Part shown: piece by piece, positions 25,801 through 38,400 of the stretch | Numbering within the stretch: position 1 is the stretch's first letter | Layout: each line of letters starts with the position of its first letter | NCBI RefSeq assembly: GCF_009914755.1 | Contig: NC_060943.1 | Direction: 5' to 3' (one strand) | Origin: the human T2T-CHM13v2.0 reference genome, Homo sapiens | DNA length: 64,000 nt | Translations under genes and position numbers: made by a program | Notes under the pieces: generated by a model | Database searches by the model: none | Told to the model about the DNA's origin: nothing | What the model saw: only the letters and a program-made list of their open reading frames with translations

Positions 25801-28800
25801 TTCATAGAGCAGTTAGGAAACACTCTGTTTGTAAAGTCTGCAAGTGGATATTCAGACCTCCTTGAGGCCTTCGTTGGAAACGGGATTTCTTCATATTATG
25901 CTAGACAGAAGAATTCTCAGTAACTTCCTTGTGTTGTGTGTATTCAACTCACAGAGTTGAACGATCCTTTACACAGAGCAGACTTGAAACACTCTTTTTG
26001 TGGAATTTGCAAGTGGAGATTTCAGCCGCTTTGAGTTCAATGGTAGAATAGGAAATATCTTCCTACAGAAACTAGACAGAATGATTCTCAGAAACTCCTT
26101 TGTGATGTGTGCGTTCAACTCACAGAGTTCAACCTTTCTTTTCATAGAGCAGTTGGGAAACACTCTGTTTGTAAAGTCTGCAAGTGGATATTCAGACTTC
26201 TTTGAGGCCTTCGTTGGAAGCGGGATTTCTTCATATTCTGCTAGACAGAAGAATTCTCAGTAACTGCCTTGTGTTGTGTGTATTCAACTCACAGTGTTGA
26301 ACGATCCTTTACACAGAGCAGACTTGAAACACTCTTTTTGTGGAATTTGCAAGTGGAGATTTCAGCCGCTTTGACGTCAATGGTAGAATAGGAAATATCT
26401 TCCTATAGAAAGTAGACAGAATGATTCTCAGAAACTCCTTTGTGATGTGTGCGTTCAACTCACAGAGTTCAACCTTTCTTTTCATAGAGCAGTTGGGAAA
26501 CACTCTGTTTGTAAAGTCTGCAAGTGGATATTCAGACTTCTTTGAGGCCTTCGTTGGAAGCGGGATTTCTTCATATTCTGCTAGACAGAAGAATTCTCAG
26601 TAACTGCCTTGTGTTGTGTGTATTCAACTCACAGAGTTGAACGATCCTTTACACAGAGCAGACTTGAAACACTCTTTTTGTGGAATTTGCAAGTGGAGAT
26701 TTCAGCCGCTTTGAGGTCAATGGTAGAATAGGAAATATCTTCCTATAGAAACTAGACAGAATGATTCTCAGAAACTCCTTTGTGATGTGTGCGTTCAACT
26801 CACAGAGTTTAACCTTTCTTTTCATAGAGCAGTTGGGAAACACTCTGTTTGTAAAGTCTGCAAGTGGATATTCAGACCTCCTTGAGGCCTTCGTTGGAAG
26901 CGGGATTTCTTCATGTTCTGCTAGACAGAAGAATTCTCAGAAACTTCCTTGTGTTGTGTGTTTTCAACTCACAGAGTTGAACGATCCTTTACACAGAGCA
27001 GACTTGAAACACTCCTTTTGTGGAATTTGCAAGTGGAGATTTCAGCCGCTTTGAGGTCAATGGTCGAAAAGGAAATATCTTCGTATAAAAACTAGACAGA
27101 ATGATTCTCAGAAACTCCTTTGTGATGTGTGCGTTCAACTCACAGATTTTAACCTTTCTTTTCATAGAGCAGTTAGGAAACACTCTGTTTGTAAAGTCTG
27201 CAAGTGGATATTCAGACCTCCTTGAGGCCTTCGTTGGAAACGGGATTTCTTCATATTATGCTAGACAGAAGAATTCTCAGTAACTTCCTTGTGTTGTGTG
27301 TATTCAACTCACAGAGTTGAACGATCCTTTACACAGAGCAGACTTGAAACACTCTTTTTGTGGAATTTGCAAGTGGAGATTTCAGCCGCTTTGAGGTCAA
27401 TGTTAGAATAGGAAATATCTTCCTATAGAAACTAGACAGAATGATTCTCAGAACCTCCTTTGTGATGTGTGCGTTCAACTCACAGAGTTTAACCTTTCTT
27501 TTCATAGAGCAGTTAGGAAACACTCTGTTTGTAAAGTCTGCAAGTGGATATTCAGACCTCCTTGAGGCTTTCGTTGGAAACGGGATTTCTTCATATTCTG
27601 CTAGAAAGAAGAATTCTCAGTAACTTCCTTGTGTTGTGTGTATTCAACTCACAGAGTTGAACGATCCTTTACACAGAGCAGACTTGAAACACTCTTTTTG
27701 TGGAATTTGCAAGTGGAGATTTCAGCCGCTTTGAGGTCAATGGTAGAATAGGAAATATCTTCCTATAGAAACTAGACAGAATGATTCTCAGAAACTCCTT
27801 TGTGATGTGTGCGTTCAACTCACAGAGTTTAACCTTTCTTTTCATAGAGCAGTTAGGAAACACTCTGTTTGTAAAGTCTGCAAGTGGATATTCAGACCTC
27901 CTTGAGGCCTTCGTTGGAAACGGGATTTCTTCATATTATGCTAGACAGAAGAATTCTCAGTAACTTCCTTGTGTTGTGTGTATTCAACTCACAGAGTTGA
28001 ACGATCCTTTACACAGAGCAGACTTGAAACACTCTTTTTGTGGAATTTGCAAGTGGAGATTTCAGCCGCTTTGAGTTCAATGGTAGAATAGGAAATATCT
28101 TCCTACAGAAACTAGACAGAATGATTCTCAGAAACTCCTTTGTGATGTGTGCGTTCAACTCACAGAGTTCAACCTTTCTTTTCATAGAGCAGTTGGGAAA
28201 CACTCTGTTTGTAAAGTCTGCAAGTGGATATTCAGACTTCTTTGAGGCCTTCGTTGGAAGCGGGATTTCTTCATATTCTGCTAGACAGAAGAATTCTCAG
28301 TAACTGCCTTGTGTTGTGTGTATTCAACTCACAGAGTTGAACGATCCTTTACACAGAGCAGACTTGAAACACTCTTTTTGTGGAATTTGCAAGTGGAGAT
28401 TTCAGCCGCTTTGACGTCAATGGTAGAATAGGAAATATCTTCCTATAGAAACTAGACAGAATGATTCTCAGAAACTCCTTTGTGATGTGTGCGTTCAACT
28501 CACAGAGTTCAACCTTTCTTTTCATAGAGCAGTTGGGAAACACTCTGTTTGTAAAGTCTGCAAGTGGATATTCAGACTTCTTTGAGGCCTTCGTTGGAAG
28601 CGGGATTTCTTCATATTCTGCTAGACAGAAGAATTCTCAGTAACTGCCTTGTGTTGTGTGTATTCAACTCACAGAGTTGAACGATCCTTTACACAGAGCA
28701 GACTTGAAACACTCTTTTTGTGGAATTTGCAAGTGGAGATTTCAGCCGCTTTGAGGTCAATGGTAGAATAGGAAATATCTTCCTATAGAAACTAGACAGA

Positions 28801-31800
28801 ATGATTCTCAGAAACTCCTTTGTGATGTGTGCGTTCAACTCACAGAGTTTAACCTTTCTTTTCATAGAGCAGTTAGGAAACACTCTGTTTGTAAAGTCTG
28901 CAAGTGGATATTCAGACATCCTTGAGGCTTTCGTTGGAAACGGGATTTCTTCATATTCTGCTAGAAAGAAGAATTCTCAGTAACTTCCTTGTGTTGTGTG
29001 TATTCAACTCACAGAGTTGAACGATCCTTTACACAGAGCAGACTTGAAACACTCTTTTTGTGGAATTTGCAAGTGGAGATTTCAGCCGCTTTGAGTTCAA
29101 TGGTAGAATAGGAAATATCTTCCTATAGAAACTAGACAGAATGATTCTCAGAAACTCCTTTGTGATGTGTGCGTTCAACTCACAGAGTTTAACCTTTCTT
29201 TTCATAGAGCAGTTGGGAAACACTCTGTTTGTAAAGTCTGCAAGTGGATATTCAGACATCCTTGAGGCTTTCGTTGGAAACGGGATTTCTTCATATTCTG
29301 CTAGAAAGGAGAATTCTCAGTAACTTCCTTGTGTTGTGTGTATTCAACTCACAGAGTTGAACGATCCTTTACACAGAGCAGACTTGAAACACTCTTTTTG
29401 TGGAATTTGCAAGTGGAGATTTCAGCCGCTTTGAGTTCAATGGTAGAATAGGAAATATCTTCCTATAGAAACTAGACAGAATGATTCTCAGAAACTCCTT
29501 TGTGATGTGTGCGTTCAACTCACAGAGTTCAACCTTTCTTTTAATAGAGCAGTTGGGAAACACTCTGTTTGTAAATTCTGCAAGTGGATATTCAGACTTC
29601 TTTGAGGCCTTCGTTGGAAGCGGGATTTCTTCATATTCTGCTAGACAGAAGAATTCTCAGTAACCTCCTTGTGTTGTGTGTATTCAACTCACAGAGTTGA
29701 ACGACCCTTTACACAGAGCAGACTTGAAACACTCTTTTTGTGGAATTTGCAAGTGGAGATTTCAGCCGCTTTGAGGTCAGTGGTAGAATAGGAAATATCT
29801 TCCTATAGAAACTAGACAGAATGATTCTCAGAAACTCCTTTGTGATGTGTGCGTTCAACTCACAGAGTTTAACCTTTCTTTTCATAGAGCAGTTAGGAAA
29901 CACTCTGTTTGTAAAGTCTGCAAGTGGATATTCAGACATCCTTGAGGCTTTCGTTGGAAACGGGATTTCTTCATGTTCTGCTAGACAGAAGAATTCTCAG
30001 TAACTGCCTTGTGTTGTGTGTATTCAACTCACACAGTTGAACGATCCTTTACACAGAGCAGACTTGAAACACTCCTTTTGTGGAATTTGCAAGTGGAGAT
30101 TTCAGCCGCTTTGAGGTCAATGGTAGAATAGGAAATATCTTCCTATAGAAACTAGACAGAATGATTCTCAGAAACTCCTTTGTGATGTGTGCGTTCAACT
30201 CACATAGTTTAACCTTTCTTTTCATAGAGCAGTTAGGAAACACTCTGTTTGTAAAGTCTGCAAGTGGATATTCAGACATCCTTGAGGCTTTCGTTGGAAA
30301 CGGGATTTCTTCATATTCTGCTAGAAAGAAGAATTCTCAGTAACTTCCTTGTGTTGTGTGTATTCAACTCACAGAGTTGAACGATCCTTTACACAGAGCA
30401 GACTTGAAACACTCTTTTTGTGGAATTTGCAAGTGGAGATTTCAGCCGCTTTGAGGTCAATGGTAGAATAGGAAATATCTTCCTATAGAAACTAGACAGA
30501 ATGATTCTCAGAAACTCCTTTGTGATGTGTGCGTTCAACTCACAGAGTTTAACCTTTCTTTTCATAGAGCAGTTGGGAAACACTCTGTTTGTAAAGTCTG
30601 CAAGTGGATATTCAGACCTCCTTGAGGCCTTCGTTGGAAACGGGATTTCTTCATATTATGCTAGACAGAAGAATTCTCAGTAACTTCCTTGTGTTGTGTG
30701 TATTCAACTCACAGAGTTGAACGATCCTTTACACAGAGCAGACTTGAAACACTCTTTTTGTGGAATTTGCAAGTGGAGATTTCAGCCGCTTTGAGTTCAA
30801 TGGTAGAATAGGAAATATCTTCCTACAGAAACTAGACAGAATGATTCTCAGAAACTCCTTTGTGATGTGTGCGTTCAACTCACAGAGTTCAACCTTTCTT
30901 TTCATAGAGCAGTTGGGAAACACTCTGTTTGTAAAGTCTGCAAGTGGATATTCAGACTTCTTTGAGGCCTTCGTTGGAAGCGGGATTTCTTCATATTCTG
31001 CTAGACAGAAGAATTCTCAGTAACTGCCTTGTGTTGTGTGTATTCAACTCACAGTGTTGAACGATCCTTTACACAGAGCAGACTTGAAACACTCTTTTTG
31101 TGGAATTTGCAAGTGGAGATTTCAGCCGCTTTGACGTCAATGGTAGAATAGGAAATATCTTCCTATAGAAACTAGACAGAATGATTCTCAGAAACTCCTT
31201 TGTGATGTGTGCGTTCAACTCACAGAGTTCAACCTTTCTTTTCATAGAGCAGTTGGGAAACACTCTGTTTGTAAAGTCTGCAAGTGGATATTCAGACTTC
31301 TTTGAGGCCTTCGTTGGAAGCGGGATTTCTTCATATTCTGCTAGACAGAAGAATTCTCAGTAACTGCCTTGTGTTGTGTGTATTCAACTCACAGAGTTGA
31401 ACGATCCTTTACACAGAGCAGACTTGAAACACTCTTTTTGTGGAATTTGCAAGTGGAGATTTCAGCCGCTTTGAGGTCAATGGTAGAATAGGAAATATCT
31501 TCCTATAGAAACTAGACAGAATGATTCTCAGAAACTCCTTTGTGATGTGTGCGTTCAACTCACAGAGTTTAACCTTTCTTTTCATAGAGCAGTTGGGAAA
31601 CACTCTGTTTGTAAAGTCTGCAAGTGGATATTCAGACCTCCTTGAGGCCTTCGTTGGAAGCGGGATTTCTTCATGTTCTGCTAGACAGAAGAATTCTCAG
31701 AAACTTCCTTGTGTTGTGTGTTTTCAACTCACAGAGTTGAACGATCCTTTACACAGAGCAGACTTGAAACACTCCTTTTGTGGAATTTGCAAGTGGAGAT

Positions 31801-32372
31801 TTCAGCCGCTTTGAGGTCAATGGTCGAAAAGGAAATATCTTCGTATAAAAACTAGACAGAATGATTCTCAGAAACTCCTTTGTGATGTGTGCGTTCAACT
31901 CACAGATTTTAACCTTTCTTTTCATAGAGCAGTTAGGAAACACTCTGTTTGTAAAGTCTGCAAGTGGATATTCAGACCTCCTTGAGGCCTTCGTTGGAAA
32001 CGGGATTTCTTCATATTATGCTAGACAGAAGAATTCTCAGTAACTTCCTTGTGTTGTGTGTATTCAACTCACAGAGTTGAACGATCCTTTACACAGAGCA
32101 GACTTGAAACACTCTTTTTGTGGAATTTGCAAGTGGAGATTTCAGCCGCTTTGAGGTCAATGTTAGAATAGGAAATATCTTCCTATAGAAACTAGACAGA
32201 ATGATTCTCAGAACCTCCTTTGTGATGTGTGCGTTCAACTCACAGAGTTTAACCTTTCTTTTCATAGAGCAGTTAGGAAACACTCTGTTTGTAAAGTCTG
32301 CAAGTGGATATTCAGACCTCCTTGAGGCTTTCGTTGGAAACGGGATTTCTTCATATTCTGCTAGAAAGAAGA
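22853..32372 (+). repeat. Tandem duplication of a 14-dimer (4760-bp) block
   Basis: Rare variants recur exactly 4760 bp apart: ACACAGTTGA 25271/30031, ACAGTGTTGA 26291/31051, TGGTCGAAAA 27061/31821, TGTTAGAATA 27401/32161, GACGTC 23653/28413 and 26373/31133. Confidence 0.9.
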
Positions 32373-35300
32373 ATTCTCAGTAACTTCCTTGTGTTGTGTG
32401 TATTCAACTCACAGAGTTGAACGATCCTTTACACAGAGCAGACTTGAAACACTCTTTTTGTGGAATTTGCAAGTGGAGATTTCAGCCGCTTTGAGGTCAA
32501 TGGTAGAATAGGAAATATCTTCCTATAGAAACTAGACAGAATGATTCTCAGAAACTCCTTTGTGATGTGTGCGTTCAACTCACAGAGTTTAACCTTTCTT
32601 TTCATAGAGCAGTTGGGAAACACTCTGTTTGTAAAGTCTGCAAGTGGATATTCAGACCTCCTTGAGGCTTTCGTTGGAAACGGGATTTCTTCATATTCTG
32701 CTAGAAAGAAGAATTCTCAGTAACTTCCTTGTGTTGTGTGTATTCAACTCACAGAGTTGAACGATCCTTTACACAGAGCAGACTTGAAACACTCTTTTTG
32801 TGGAATTTGCAAGTGGAGATTTCAGCCGCTTTGAGGTCAATGGTAGAATAGGAAATATCTTCCTATAGAAACTAGACAGAATGATTCTCAGAAACTCCTT
32901 TGTGATGTGTGCGTTCAACTCACAGAGTTTAACCTTTCTTTTCATAGAGCAGTTAGGAAACACTCTGTTTGTAAAGTCTGCAAGTGGATATTCAGACATC
33001 TTTGAGGCCTTCGTTGGAAACGGGATTTCTTCATGTTCTGCTAGACAGAAGAATTCTCAGAAACTTCCTTGTGTTGTGTGTTTTCAACTCACAGAGTTGA
33101 ACGATGCTTTACACAGAGTAGACTTGAAACACTCTTTTTGTGTAATTTGCAAGTGGAGATTTCAGCCGCTTTGAGGTCAATGGTAGAAAAGGAAATATCT
33201 TCGTATAAAAACTAGACAGAATGATTCTCAGAAACTCCTTTGTGATGTGTGCGTTCAACTCACAGAGTTTAACCTTTCTTTTCATAGAGCAGTTAGGAAA
33301 CACTCTGTTTGTAAAGTCTGCAAGTGGATATTCAGACCTCCTTGAGGCCTTCGTTGGAAACGGGATTTCTTCATATTATGCTAGACAGAAGAATTCTCAG
33401 TAACTTCCTTGTGTTGTGTGTATTCAACTCACAGAGTTGAACGATCCTTTACACAGAGCAGACTTGAAACACTCTTTTTGTGGAATTTGCAAGTGGAGAT
33501 TTCAGCCGCTTTGAGGTCAATGGTAGAATAGGAAATATCTTCCTATAGAAACTAGACAGAATGATTCTCAGAAACTCCTTTGTGATGTGTGCGTTCAACT
33601 CACACAGTTTAACCTTTCTTTTCATAGAGCAGTTAGGAAACACTCTGTTTGTAAAGTCTGCAAGTGGATATTCAGACCTCCTTGAGGCATTCGTTGGAAA
33701 CGGGATTTCTTCATATTATGCTAGACAGAAGAATTCTCAGTAACTTCCTTGTGTTGTGTGTATTCAACTCACAGAGTTGAACGATCCTTTACACAGAGCA
33801 GACTTGAAACACTCTTTTTGTGGAATTTGCAAGTGGAGATTTCAGCCGCTTTGAGTTCAATGGTAGAATAGGAAATATCTTCCTATAGAAACTAGACAGA
33901 ATGATTCTCAGAAACTCCTTTGTGATGTGTGCGTTCAACTCACAGAGTTCAACCTTTCTTTTCATAGAGCAGTTGGGAAACACTCTGTTTGTAAAGTCTG
34001 CAAGTGGATATTCAGACTTCTTTGAGGCCTTCGTTGGAAGCGGGATTTCTTCATGTTCAGCTAGACAGAAGAATTCTCAGAAACTTCCTTGTGTTGTGTG
34101 TTTTCAACTCACAGAGTTGAACGATCCTTTACACAGAGCAGACTTGAAACACTCCTTTTGTGGAATTTGCAAGTGGAGATTTCAGCCGCTTTGAGGTCAA
34201 TGGTAGAATAGGAAATATCTTCCTATAGAAACTAGACAGAATGATTCTCAGAAACTCCTTTGTGATGTGTGCGTTCAACTCACAGAGTTTAACCTTTCTT
34301 TTCATAGAGCAGTTAGGAAACACTCTGTTTGTAAAGTCTGCAAGTGGATATTCAGACATCCTTGAGGCTTTCGTTGGAAACGGGATTTCTTCATATTCTG
34401 CTAGAAAGAAGAATTCTCAGTAACTTCCTTGTGTTGTGTGTATTCAACTCACAGAGTTGAACGATCCTTTACACAGAGCAGACTTGAAACACTCTTTTTG
34501 TGGAATTTGCAAGTGGAGATTTCAGCCGCTTTGAGGTCAATGGTAGAATAGGAAATATCTTCCTATAGAAACTAGACAGAATGATTCTCAGAAACTCCTT
34601 TGTGATGTGTGCGTTCAACTCACAGAGTTTAACCTTTCTTTTCATAGAGCAGTTGGGAAACACTCTGTTTGTAAAGTCTGCAAGTGGATATTCAGACCTC
34701 CTTGAGGCTTTCGTTGGAAACGGGATTTCTTCATATTCTGCTAGAAAGAAGAATTCTCAGTAACTTCCTTGTGTTGTGTGTATTCAACTCACAGAGTTGA
34801 ACGATCCTTTACACAGAGCAGACTTGAAACACTCTTTTTGTGGAATTTGCAAGTGGAGATTTCAGCCGCTTTGAGGTCAATGGTAGAATAGGAAATATCT
34901 TCCTATAGAAACTAGACAGAATGATTCTCAGAAACTCCTTTGTGATGTGTGCGTTCAACTCACAGAGTTTAACCTTTCTTTTCATAGAGCAGTTAGGAAA
35001 CACTCTGTTTGTAAAGTCTGCAAGTGGATATTCAGACCTCCTTGAGGCCTTCGTTGGAAACGGGATTTCTTCATATTATGCTAGACAGAAGAATTCTCAG
35101 TAACTTCCTTGTGTTGTGTGTATTCAACTCACAGAGTTGAACGATCCTTTACACAGAGCAGACTTGAAACACTCTTTTTGTGGAATTTGCAAGTGGAGAT
35201 TTCAGCCGCTTTGAGGTCAATGGTAGAATAGGAAATATCTTCCTATAGAAACTAGACAGAATGATTCTCAGAAACTCCTTTGTGATGTGTGCGTTCAACT

Positions 35301-35432
35301 CACACAGTTTAACCTTTCTTTTCATAGAGCAGTTAGGAAACACTCTGTTTGTAAAGTCTGCAAGTGGATATTCAGACCTCCTTGAGGCATTCGTTGGAAA
35401 CGGGATTTCTTCATATTATGCTAGACAGAAGA

Positions 35433-38400
35433 ATTCTCAGTAACTTCCTTGTGTTGTGTGTATTCAACTCACAGAGTTGAACGATCCTTTACACAGAGCA
35501 GACTTGAAACACTCTTTTTGTGGAATTTGCAAGTGGAGATTTCAGCCGCTTTGAGTTCAATGGTAGAATAGGAAATATCTTCCTATAGAAACTAGACAGA
35601 ATGATTCTCAGAAACTCCTTTGTGATGTGTGCGTTCAACTCACAGAGTTCAACCTTTCTTTTCATAGAGCAGTTGGGAAACACTCTGTTTGTAAAGTCTG
35701 CAAGTGGATATTCAGACTTCTTTGAGGCCTTCGTTGGAAGCGGGATTTCTTCATGTTCAGCTAGACAGAAGAATTCTCAGAAACTTCCTTGTGTTGTGTG
35801 TTTTCAACTCACAGAGTTGAACGATCCTTTACACAGAGCAGACTTGAAACACTCCTTTTGTGGAATTTGCAAGTGGAGATTTCAGCCGCTTTGAGGTCAA
35901 TGGTAGAATAGGAAGTATCTTCCTATAGAAACTAGACAGAATGATTCTCAGAAACTCCTTTGTGATGTGTGCGTTCAACTCACAGAGTTTAACCTTTCTT
36001 TTCATAGAGCAGTTAGGAAACACTCTGTTTGTAAAGTCTGCAAGTGGATATTCAGACATCCTTGAGGCTTTCGTTGGAAACGGGATTTCTTCATATTCTG
36101 CTAGAAAGAAGAATTCTCAGTAACTTCCTTGTGTTGTGTGTATTCAACTCACAGAGTTGAACGATCCTTTACACAGAGCAGACTTGAAACACTCTTTTTG
36201 TGGAATTTGCAAGTGGAGATTTCAGCCGCTTTGAGGTCAATGGTAGAATAGGAAATATCTTCCTATAGAAACTAGACAGAATGATTCTCAGAAACTCCTT
36301 TGTGATGTGTGCGTTCAACTCACAGAGTTTAACCTTTCTTTTCATAGAGCAGTTGGGAAACACTCTGTTTGTAAAGTCTGCAAGTGGATATTCAGACCTC
36401 CTTGAGGCTTTCGTTGGAAACGGGATTTCTTCATATTCTGCTAGAAAGAAGAATTCTCAGTAACTTCCTTGTGTTGTGTGTATTCAACTCACAGAGTTGA
36501 ACGATCCTTTACACAGAGCAGACTTGAAACACTCTTTTTGTGGAATTTGCAAGTGGAGATTTCAGCCGCTTTGAGGTCAATGGTAGAATAGGAAATATCT
36601 TCCTATAGAAACTAGACAGAATGATTCTCAGAAACTCCTTTGTGATGTGTGCGTTCAACTCACAGAGTTTAACCTTTCTTTTCATAGAGCAGTTAGGAAA
36701 CACTCTGTTTGTAAAGTCTGCAAGTGGATATTCAGACATCTTTGAGGCCTTCGTTGGAAACGGGATTTCTTCATGTTCTGCTAGACAGAAGAATTCTCAG
36801 AAACTTCCTTGTGTTGTGTGTTTTCAACTCACAGAGTTGAACGATGCTTTACACAGAGTAGACTTGAAACACTCTTTTTGTGTAATTTGCAAGTGGAGAT
36901 TTCAGCCGCTTTGAGGTCAATGGTAGAAAAGGAAATATCTTCGTATAAAAACTAGACAGAATGATTCTCAGAAACTCCTTTGTGATGTGTGCGTTCAACT
37001 CACAGAGTTTAACCTTTCTTTTCATAGAGCAGTTAGGAAACACTCTGTTTGTAAAGTCTGCAAGTGGATATTCAGACCTCCTTGAGGCCTTCGTTGGAAA
37101 CGGGATTTCTTCATATTATGCTAGACAGAAGAATTCTCAGTAACTTCCTTGTGTTGTGTGTATTCAACTCACAGAGTTGAACGATCCTTTACACAGAGCA
37201 GACTTGAAACACTCTTTTTGTGGAATTTGCAAGTGGAGATTTCAGCCGCTTTGAGGTCAATGGTAGAATAGGAAATATCTTCCTATAGAAACTAGACAGA
37301 ATGATTCTCAGAAACTCCTTTGTGATGTGTGCGTTCAACTCACACAGTTTAACCTTTCTTTTCATAGAGCAGTTAGGAAACACTCTGTTTGTAAAGTCTG
37401 CAAGTGGATATTCAGACCTCCTTGAGGCATTCGTTGGAAACGGGATTTCTTCATATTATGCTAGACAGAAGAATTCTCAGTAACTTCCTTGTGTTGTGTG
37501 TATTCAACTCACAGAGTTGAACGATCCTTTACACAGAGCAGACTTGAAACACTCTTTTTGTGGAATTTGCAAGTGGAGATTTCAGCCGCTTTGAGTTCAA
37601 TGGTAGAATAGGAAATACCTTCCTATAGAAACTAGACAGAATGATTCTCAGAAACTCCTTTGTGATGTGTGCGTTCAACTCACAGAGTTCAACCTTTCTT
37701 TTCATAGAGCAGTTGGGAAACACTCTGTTTGTAAAGTCTGCAAGTGGATATTCAGACTTCTTTGAGGCCTTCGTTGGAAGCGGGATTTCTTCATGTTCAG
37801 CTAGACAGAAGAATTCTCAGAAACTTCCTTGTGTTGTGTGTTTTCAACTCACAGAGTTGAACGATCCTTTACACAGAGCAGACTTGAAACACTCCTTTTG
37901 TGGAATTTGCAAGTGGAGATTTCAGCCGCTTTGAGGTCAATGGTAGAATAGGAAATATCTTCCTATAGAAACTAGACAGAATGATTCTCAGAAACTCCTT
38001 TGTGATGTGTGCGTTCAACTCACAGAGTTTAACCTTTCTTTTCATAGAGCAGTTAGGAAACACTCTGTTTGTAAAGTCTGCAAGTGGATATTCAGACATC
38101 CTTGAGGCTTTCGTTGGAAACGGGATTTCTTCATATTCTGCTAGAAAGAAGAATTCTCAGTAACTTCCTTGTGTTGTGTGTATTCAACTCACAGAGTTGA
38201 ACGATCCTTTACACAGAGCAGACTTGAAACACTCTTTTTGTGGAATTTGCAAGTGGAGATTTCAGCCGCTTTGAGGTCAATGGTAGAATAGGAAATATCT
38301 TCCTATAGAAACTAGACAGAATGATTCTCAGAAACTCCTTTGTGATGTGTGCGTTCAACTCACAGAGTTTAACCTTTCTTTTCATAGAGCAGTTGGGAAA

